From Magallana gigas (Eukaryota), in assembly GCF_963853765.1 (NCBI RefSeq), contig NC_088855.1, positions 28,210,001 through 28,274,000 on the forward strand: DNA of 64,000 nucleotides. The letters are read 5' to 3'. How positions within the stretch are numbered: position 1 is the stretch's first letter; the number at the start of each line of letters is the position of its first letter. Below are positions 54,401 through 64,000 of this stretch, one piece after another. Made by a program: the position numbers and the translations under genes. The notes beneath the pieces are model-generated. The model was given only the letters and a program-made list of their open reading frames with translations. It had not been told where the DNA came from and made no database searches.

Positions 54401-55095
54401 ATGAATCAACTTAGAAGGAAATATGGTGATAACCAATGTAAAATTGACTGAAAATGTCCGTCATTCTGCAAGAATTCATCTTGAGATTTCCAGTTTAATA
54501 CCCATAGTTAGAATAGTCATAAAAACAACGTCTTGCTGTTGAACAGCGGCATTTTGTCTGTATGGTATTATTACGTAGTACATATACTCAAGTGTTTAAG
54601 TTAGGGTACATGTACCTCGCCAGATATGTAATCTCACACATGCATTAAAAAAGGCCATTATCTCTACATTAGGACTACTTTTTCTCATTAAATACAGTTG
54701 ATATGTTTTCATTTTGAGTGTAACAGTTTTTAACAATATAACATACTAGAGGAGAATTCGCCATTCACCTTACAAATTTATAACGAATGGAGCGTATACA
54801 AATGTCACACTTGCATCTAACGGATTATGAATCAGTCATTTATGAAAACTCTGGAAGTCTTACAGCTGAGGGTTTACATGTACGAATGGTTACACACCTA
54901 CAATGATCGAAGACTCAATTAAAAAGTTAAAAATCAACATTTCTCTACTAACATGTACATGCAACGAATAACGCTTTTAGAATACTCTAATAAATAATAA
55001 AGTAAATACATGATTGTACATGTAGCATACTGAACCCTTTGGCTTTTCATACGTTTTAACAAAACATTAAACATATCTAATTCATTTAATGTACT

Positions 55096-55560
55096 GAATA
55101 CAGTGCTATTTCCCGTGTAATTGACCCTTCTACACTAGCAAATGGTTTCGCCCCGTCTTGAATTCGCCCAGATACAGCTGTGTTAAAAGAGGGATAATTT
55201 GAGACATTGGAATTTGCCCAGTCTTAAGGTTGCATGGGACATCTGTCGATATTAATGTGGATTAAAGTACATTATAATTTTTTAGAATTTTTAGCCAAAA
55301 AATAGCTTTAAAAATATTTCGAACTCCTGACTAACAGATTCGTAGGAAACCCTCTAAGCCACTGCGCTACGCGGATAAGTGACTACTAGTATGTGAGGAA
55401 AGAAACTACAAATATAATTAAACTTAATTTTAATGTTTATTTCGATAAACTATACGTCACAACATTGAGGAGTCATATACCATCTTAAATCGCCCGCTGA
55501 CAACGAGGGCAAAAGAGGTGAAAATAAAACGGGGGCGAAATTTGTTCTTGTATTTAGTAT
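55096..55560. mobile_element. GGGCGAA-motif MITE interrupted by a second element
   Basis: Repeated TTCGCCC/GGGCGAA motifs; host reads GCCCAGTCTTAA | ATCGCCCGCTGAC either side of the insertion. Confidence 0.6.
55228..55484. mobile_element. Kolobok-like MITE with TTAA target duplication
   Basis: TTAA at 55224-55227 and 55485-55488; degenerate TIRs GGTTGCATGGGACATCT / GAGGAGTCATATACCATC. Confidence 0.6.
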
Positions 55561-55849
55561 ATCACATGCAAAGATAACGAACATGGAAAATGTACATTAT
55601 TTAGGCACATGTAAACTGTCACACTGTCACATATTAGACAACAGTTAACATGACGTCATAATCAAAGTCACATGGAATGACGTCACAATCAAATCAATCA
55701 GCATCACAACGGCATACAAAGAAGAGTTGGCAGGTAATGAAATGCATGGTTGTCGATAGTCTGCACAATGAAATATTGCATGTATGTATATAAATATTAT
55801 ATTTAATATGTGGTTATAGAAGATATCTCTCGTTTCAGATCACAGTGAA

Positions 55850-57488
55850 ATGGAGTCAAAATCAGATATTGGAAATGGTCCAGGTATCAATATGGTATGT
55901 AAAATTATGCTTTCATACAAGTATCATTGATAATTCATAAAGTTGCAACGGAATTGAACAATCACTTTTGTCCATGATTTTTTTAGGAACGGGTTCCAAT
56001 CACAGAGGGTCGAGAGATTCAACGTTCAGATGACAACAGAGCAAATGGAATCGGAAATGGAGAAACCCAACGTCGGGTTAAGAATATTCCCGTATTGGAG
56101 GAAAGAAGACTACTTGCGCTAGAAAGGCACATCAAGCGTAAACGGAGGAGACGGCCGTACGTCAAAAAGATGAAGATTTCGGACAAAACGGAGCACCAGC
56201 TTGGCAAAACCATGACGGCTACCAATGAAAAAATGCCAGAAGACCCTGGCGCGTTTAATTCTAAGGTTGAGGGTTTACAAGTATTTGAAGGAAAAGAAAA
56301 AGAAGTTCGCAGTCATAATGAAGTCGAGGGTACTGAAATGGTAGTCTATAATAAATACGAGAAGAAGCAAACTGACCTACAAGCGACTAATGAAATGATA
56401 GAGAACTTTGCAGTTCAATCAACAAAGATGGATGTCGCAAGAGATCAGCAACAGGATGCACAGTTTGACAAGTTGATTGAGTACGTGCTCGACATAGTAA
56501 AATCAGAAATAGCGGATAAAGTTGAAGAAGGGTTAAAGAGCCAGAGCGAAGTTAAACAGTCGGAGGCTGAAGAGGGTAAAATCAAAAAGGATGAAGGGAC
56601 TGGTATAGAGGTGAAGCAAGAAAGGGGAGAAAAATTCACTTACATGAAAGAAGTAAACACTATACCTCCTGAATATGCTCGGCAAGTAAATGATGAAGAC
56701 TCGAAGAAAGAGAAAGAAAACTTTCAAGATGAAGGACATTTGGAGAGAGCAAAGGACAATGACAACAAAATTGTTGAGATCGGGTAAAATAATTATCTAC
56801 TTTTCTCTATTACTTTATACATTGTACCTGAAATTGATCAATAATATTATACATAGTTCCATCACCTTTTTTAAAGAAGTAAATGTAAAGGTAAATTTTA
56901 ATTTATCAATACAAATATTACAAGTACAGACAATATTCACATCATTTTATATTCTATTTGATAAAAGTAATTTTTTTTCTCAGAGATGAAAACGCTGAGC
57001 AAAGTTCCAAAACATCAAGTTCTGGATCAATAGAGCCCAAGCCAAAAGATCCTGAATTGGAAGCCGCCAAAACCCTAACCAGTCAGCTGATAAAACATGA
57101 AGCAAGAAACAAGGTAATATTACATTTCAGTATTATTTTACATTTTTTTTATCAAGAAAAATATGAAAAACTCATCAAACTGTAATAAGCTATTTATCCA
57201 AAGTTTTATTTAATTTGAAAGAGGACAAGGCAGCCGCATAGATGTTAAATTTTTCTAAAGTATTTGACAATAAATCATGTAAATGTTCTTCATTGCACTG
57301 AAATTATTACATACCGCTGATGATGAAGTTTTCGGTCTAATTTTTCTTATAATAACTCCATCCACTGAAATACGATTTATTACTTGTCATTTAGTGTTAC
57401 AACTGCTAGAAAGAAGAATAAAGTTTCTCTAATTTTCATTTGATTTTTAGCTTGCCCGCGAGGACGACGATGATGATGATGATGATTA

Positions 57489-57519
<31 letters not shown>

Positions 57520-57741
57520 TTCATGCCGAGAAAGCTATTTTTCTTTAGCTTTTCTGAATTTAAGGTAATTCTTTTTACGTCTGTAATATTTGTAAAGATT
57601 TATTTATCGACAAATATACAATAACCATTTAGTTTATATGAATGCAAATATATCGAATACGTACAGTGTACATGAATACTCTAAGATATGTTTTTTCATT
57701 TTGTTGTTGTTTTTTTTTAGAAAGAAGTAATTTCTGCATAA
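55850..57741 (+). CDS. Acidic, low-complexity orphan protein copy 2, 368 aa; exons 55850-55894, 55987-56783, 56984-57113, 57451-57564, 57721-57741
   Basis: 1107 nt of in-phase GT-AG exons; basic KRKRRRRP stretch, E/K-rich body, poly-Asp tract and DGFMPRKLFFFSFSEFK. Exon structure shared with copy 1. Confidence 0.75.
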
Positions 57742-57894
57742 TGGAAGAAAAAGAATTATCATCAAAAACAACATTCCACCTCTTCACCCCGTAAATTTGT
57801 TTTAAAAAATAAATTATGTTCTGTAAATGTCATTTATGCTTTGATTATTTTTTGATGAGTGTATTTATACAGAGGATTGCGACATTTAAACAAT

Positions 57895-58520
57895 ATTACA
57901 TTTACATCTACCGAGTATTATTTCCTCTGTTTCTTACGGAAACTTATAGTTAATTCATATCTCTATAGCCGTTTATCGATTGGTCGAAATCTACAGCGAC
58001 TGAAACTGACAAGAAACTGATAGGAATGAAATTGACACGCCCCGTTTATCGATTGGTCGAAACCTACAACGACCTAAGAAAAATCACGGACTGCACGAAA
58101 TAATCATGATGCTGTCAGACTCAAAGTCTCACAGGAGACGATTTGGCTGTTTCTTTTAGCTAACGTACTTACGTACATTAACAGTAATTTAGTGAATTTT
58201 ACTTACTTTTGATAATCAATTTATTAATTAGTCAAAAGAAAGATGTAAATATAAATAATAAAATGCTTTCTTTGAATGTACAGGGTTGTGTAATTTTTTA
58301 GATATTCATTTACCGTCCATGTGAACCATGTAAGAAATGTTTAAAAAAAAACCTATATAACTACAATAACATGTATAATGAATAAATTTTGATCTTGATC
58401 TACGAAATGTTTTCTCTGGAATTACTGCCTACGCGGGTTATGTATTTTTTCCGCGATGTCGCTACCTTTAGATCCCGAATGAATCGCCAACAAAAGCATT
58501 TTATTGTTTAAATAAATGCT
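57895..58520 (+). mobile_element. Dispersed repeat, same family as 49020-49545
   Basis: See 49020-49545. Confidence 0.8.
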
Positions 58521-59546
58521 TTCGATGGTGGTTTATGTCGTTTTATTTACATTTTCCAGTGTCTATGATAACATTTTAAATCCATTTTCTAAAGCATTTC
58601 ACCAATGAATATTTTATTTAATAATCGTACAATTGCTACAAAATATATAAATATAAGTATTAAATAAGGAATCATTCTTTGAATATTATGCGGTGATCAT
58701 ACGGTCGGTTGTGATCAAATCTATCATAAAGCCTTCGGGCTCAAAGAATGCCCAAAAATGATTTCTTCTTCTCTCAAATAAAGGTAACGTGCATTACAAT
58801 GGATAACTCGCATCAACAATGCTCGCTACCTTCATACTCACATGAACCATCAAATTAATGCATGAACCCGGCCAATTATAGGCGAATAAACTTTGTGACG
58901 TTTTATCAATATTTTGACAGTTCACGCCTTGTCAGAGTGAACTTTTCACATGAAATTTCTCGAGTGCTCTTTCCAAGAAAATCTGGTTTTTGGATTTCAT
59001 GTGATGTTAAATAATATTAATGTAAATCAAGTAATTGATCATGCATTGCCTTACACAGCTGTATCACAAGGAAAAACAGTTTATTTACTACGCAATAACA
59101 GGTTTATATTCTTAATTGTCTTTAAACTATTTCTGTCATTGTATTTAATTTGTATAAGATCTATACATGTTCCCAACCTGTCTTTAAATCGCCGATTTTC
59201 AAATTCTATCTCTAGACTCTTAGTAATACAATTAGGTGTAATTTCAAATCCTCTCTTCTAACATGTATATGAAGTGTAAAGGGGAAAGAGAATAAGAGAC
59301 TTTAAAACGTTTGTCAATAGAAACCCAGACCCAGTCTTTCACAAAGATCACTCAATTCTTAACGATTTAAAAGTTTAAGTGATGCGTGTATACATATCAA
59401 ATAAAGTCAGTGCCTCAATACTCAAGCGGCCTTGGGCTTTTTCAGCTATTGATGACATTCAAGACCAAATTGATCATGAACGCACACGAATTTTAAATAA
59501 TCAATAGATACCCTCTTTCAAAGCAAAACGTAAACAAACAGCAGAT

Positions 59547-60897
59547 ATGCCCAAGTTTGTGCTCCATTATTTTGATGCGCGAGGGAGGGGCGAGCCCGCC
59601 CGTCTGCTGTTCGCTGTCGCGGGTATACCGTTCCAAGACAGACGAGTCTCCCAAGAGGAATGGCCAGCGATCAAACCAAGTATGTTCACTGCTTGTTTTG
59701 TTGAGAGATTTGTCTTTTATTTTGGATACGGCGGCGAACTTTCGATTCGTCGGTCTCTTGTTATTGCGTTTTTTGTTTTGTTTCATGATGTAGAAATACC
59801 TGGGGGTACCTTGCCGTATCTGGAGGTGGAAGGGGTAGGAATCACCCAGAGCATGGTCATCTACCGCCATTTAGCAAGGCTGTTTGGTAACGTACTTTCT
59901 CCAAGGAATGAATAACATATATTGACTTTTTTTATTTGGTCACTGTATGCCTGAAATTTTGAATTAAAAGGAAAAAGACCACACAAATACAACAATGCAC
60001 ACATCACCACAAAAACAAATAAATTAAAAAAAGATACAAGTCCTGAATATCTGGTTACATGAACAAGTGAATTATTAGGGAACGAAGTTTTATATATATA
60101 TACCAGTGGAATCTCTTTTTGTTAAACCAAAATCGAAAATATATATGCAGGGTTTTTTTCGCCTCCTCTCATTGACTCACATCAGAATGCATGAAATTTT
60201 GATGTAGTTTAGGAAGAAAACGTTCGATTTCTGCTCAAATTTGGAAATAATAGTAATTTTGTTTCTTATACGAATCTTCATTGTACATGCATGTACAACA
60301 GTACTGCTCTAATTCGCCCACGTGACGTAAAGAAAATTGGGGAGCGGATTGAAGTTCTTATTTTAATTAGAATGATTTTATATCTTCAATTGCATGCGTA
60401 TTTCAAAGAAAAACTTGGAATTCATGATCAGAGTAACAATTTATATGAATGACTGTATCTGTTTCGACACGGTTGAGTCAACATAGAGAACACCTATTTA
60501 TTTAATCATGTCCTAGTTATTGAATCTATTATTTAACGTTAATTCAAAAATTAGAACATATCATGTAAATATACGTACATACTGCATTATAAACTAGCCT
60601 TAGTTTAATGCTTTAACAAAACAAAACCTGTGGTGATATCACACTACACTTTGAATCCAATTGCAACCCATAAGATATATTAATAGTTCTTCTTAAACTA
60701 TAATCCCACATGAACATGAAATAAAGTTATATTTTAGACGAATCTTTTCCCGAGTCAAAGAAACAGTCTGCTGTAAAAGATACGAGGTGCGCGTATCCTG
60801 GTATATAAGAAAACTTCTGCGAACTACAAGCACTGTCGTATTATATTGAAAACCTTGAAATTACTTGGTGGTGATGAATATCAATACAAAATGGACC

Positions 60898-60946
<49 letters not shown>

Positions 60947-62124
60947 TACATGTAAATTAACATGACGACAAAATATATAGCAATGACCCCCTGGAAAAGA
61001 GCGTAATATTTCTGTCTGTCAATCACTCTATATGTATCACATCGTTGCTTCAGGTCTAGATGGGGATACGGTTTTGGATAAGGCGCATGTGGAAGAAATT
61101 ACAGAATATTTGATAGAAATGAAGATAAAATATATGAGTGGACTCGCATTTCCACCGAAAGATGATGTAAGCATAATTTATTGTGTGATTTTAATGCGAC
61201 GTTTAAAGTAATAATTTTTATAAAGAGAGTTACCCTTTATAAGTATACAGAGAGAAGAAATTGATTTTGATTATATTAAATTGAATACATTTCTTCTAAT
61301 AAGAAAACTGGATACAAATACATTTACTTTATTAATTTTATTTTCATTTTTCTTTGAAAAACCCAGTGTCAGTGGGTTTTTTTTTATATTTTACAACATA
61401 TAAGCTTAAGAACTCTAGCTCTACGATAAATATGGGTTGAGGGACCGTCAACCCAAATTTACCGTAGAGCTATCAACGAATACAATACACTGATTTCACA
61501 GGAGGAAAAACTTAAACAGCTGAAAGAAGAATTCATGACAAAACTACAGGCATGTTGCTGTCAGATTGACAGAATATTGCAAACCAACAAGTCAACGGAA
61601 GGATGGGCTGTGGGCAAAAAGGTTACTATAGTATAAATTATAAATAAATATATTTAATTAATAGTGATATCACTGAAAATAATATATACATCTAGAATTT
61701 ACACGGATGTATAGTTTGCTGTCAAAGAATAACACCACTTTCAATATCATGAACGACAAAAATATTTCAAAAACAGTAAAAATAAATCGAAATATTTGGA
61801 AATTAACATGCAACTGTTTTTTTTAGACTTTTAGTTACACTCTGAAATAGATAGACTTTCTGTTAAAGTTGAAATCGACACTGTTTAACAGCGTTTAGTA
61901 CCTCTTAATAAACACCAAAGACCTATCTCCAATGATCTAATCGTTTTTTCCCATTTTAGTTGACGTTTGCCGACATCATGATGTTTGAAGCATTTGAACA
62001 CGTGCTATCTTCTATGCCGGAAGTGCTAGACAAATATCCAAGGATTCAAAAGTGTCGCAAGAAACTGCAGTCGCTGAAGAAACTCCAAGAATACCTCAGC
62101 AAAAGAAAAGTTACCGCATTCTAA
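59547..62124 (+). CDS. Sigma-class glutathione S-transferase, 207 aa; exons 59547-59679, 59794-59886, 61054-61166, 61502-61621, 61960-62124
   Basis: MPKFVLHYFDARGRGEPARLLF (catalytic Tyr), GTLPYLEVEG..QSMVIYRHLARLFGL, LTFADI, DKYP..YL.KR; 624 nt in frame. Confidence 0.93.
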
Positions 62125-62946
62125 TACCAATATCGCAAGCCCCCCAAAATGGACACAGACAGAATTAGCGCAGGAATCCAAAATACTGATACTGTATAAA
62201 CCAATTCTTACTTTTTTTTGGTGCCATGTTTCTTTGATCGATTGATCGAGAGTGTCAAAACTAACACATGTTGCATGCTCATTAATTAAAACCTCTTATT
62301 ACACTATTATCAGTATTTTAATATGTTTGATTAAAAGATAATATTTCACCAGATCTCTTGCTTTAAAGCATTATTTTCAACGTCAATCCACCTAAATATA
62401 GAATTGAGGTAAAATGTGAATGTTGTCTCCATTTCTGTTGAAACAAAGGCATAACATGCATTAATGCATAAAATATACGATGAATTTGACCTGGCAGCTG
62501 TTAAACTCAGAACCTATATCATAAAAGTGTTCTTTTACCAGATCAGGGTTAGGTATTCTATCAATAATTGAACAGGGTATTGAAGGTTAGGTATTCTATC
62601 AATAATTGAATGGTTCATTGTAATTAGCTTATACATGTACAATGTACATTTCATGTTGAAAGTAAAATGCAACAAATGTGATATTTTGATGAAAGAAATA
62701 TACCATTGATCAATGAACGAATAATGAATGCATCTGATTAAGTTACTGTAGGTGCCTTATAAACCTATAGCTTATTTAAGATGGTCTTTGCTATAGATAA
62801 CATGCACTTATCCCTGAAGAAATATGAAAAATAAGCGAACATAAAATGAATAGCTTTCGTTTTGCTTTGGGAGAATCTACATGTATATCTATCTGTTACC
62901 ACCCCCCCCCAACAAAAATCAAAAAAAAAATATATCGATTTGCTCT

Positions 62947-63073
62947 NNNNNNNNNNNNNNNNNNNNNNNNNNNNNNNNNNNNNNNNNNNNNNNNNNNNNN
63001 NNNNNNNNNNNNNNNNNNNNNNNNNNNNNNNNNNNNNNNNNNNNNNNNNNNNNNNNNNNNNNNNNNNNNNNNN
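62947..63073. other. Assembly gap (127 N)
   Basis: Run of N. Confidence 1.
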
Positions 63074-64000
63074 NGTAAACTGTTGTAATTTGTCTTACAG
63101 CTCTTCTGGTTCCTGCCTGGTTCAGAAACCTACGATTAGTCTCGCATACACCCACCCCATAGATCATTTTAAATCAATATCTTGCAACTAATTAAAGTAA
63201 GTTCGCTGGACGCTTTAGAGTGTTCAGTAAACACTACACGTAAATACCCATTCGAATAGTAATGTTGCGTTTACTTTCAAATTAACATTTGCCCTTCTGC
63301 TTTCTTTTCGGAGAAGCCGGTTTTTTTTTGTTTCATGAACTGGTCCCAGTTGAAATGATACTGATCTTAATTGTCTAACAGTCACATGTACTCATTTCGC
63401 AGTCACTTAACAATCAAAGTTACGCTTTTTAAAGTGTATTTTTCTGCTATTACATACAAAATATACCAAAAAATGCATAGAAGTAAAAAAGAAGAAAAAA
63501 ACCCCGAAAAACAAACTGTGTGTCTTACGGTCTTATAACTGCAGTGTCTTTTCACACTCTTTACATGCAAAAAACATTTGGAATGTAAATATTGATAATT
63601 ATAACAGAGAAATGCGGTTTACCCTAGCTCTATATTAAAGTTCAGTCTAAAATAACTGAATGAATTTGATTTGTTCTAAATAGGTGAAATGTTTTCAGTA
63701 ATTGTGAGCTAACTATTTATGTTGCACTCTTCACTCCTTTGTGAATGAAAGGAGATGGAAACCCTTTATACGTATGTACATGGCACGTAATTCATCATTG
63801 TAACCCTCAGTACATGGTCGATTATAGAAAGCATTGTGGAGATATTTTGGAGGACAATAGCATTTTACAGAGAGATCGATCATTGAGAAGACGATACATC
63901 GGATATGAAAAATGACATGTTTACTGAACTCGGCAATTCATTGTGATATTGCAAAATGGATCAAAATTATAAATAGATACAGAAATGAAATTTATGAGAA

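Noticed and set aside
62548-62610. 26-bp direct repeat GGTTAGGTATTCTATCAATAATTGAA (and a ~75-bp repeat at 15200/15370)
   Set aside because: Ordinary local slippage duplications with no further structure.
62846-63191. ORFs spanning the N run
   Set aside because: Artefacts of the assembly gap.

Overview
AT-rich, intron-containing animal DNA. The repeat families and gene set point to a bivalve, probably an oyster (inference). Spliced genes reconstructed by hand: a coiled-coil + NHL-repeat gene (-), ICE2/NARG2 (-, 17 exons), NECAP (-), two tandem copies of an acidic orphan gene (+; copy 1 frameshifted), an intronless PM20D2-like pseudogene (+) and a sigma-class GST (+). Main result: an ~11.9-kb DNA transposon (25267-37144) with ~125-bp imperfect TIRs and a perfect 8-9-bp target-site duplication (GTCTCTCT[T]) lies inside coding exon 2 of ICE2. 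Removing it restores an open, conserved reading frame; leaving it in gives a stop after 44 aa. The element encodes a spliced CxC5-type (KDZ/Zisupton-associated) protein with no recognisable catalytic core. It also carries an array of GGGTACA motifs and nested LINE and Helentron-like cargo. Many non-autonomous elements and a nested palindrome array are present. Homology calls come from recalled protein motifs, not database searches.
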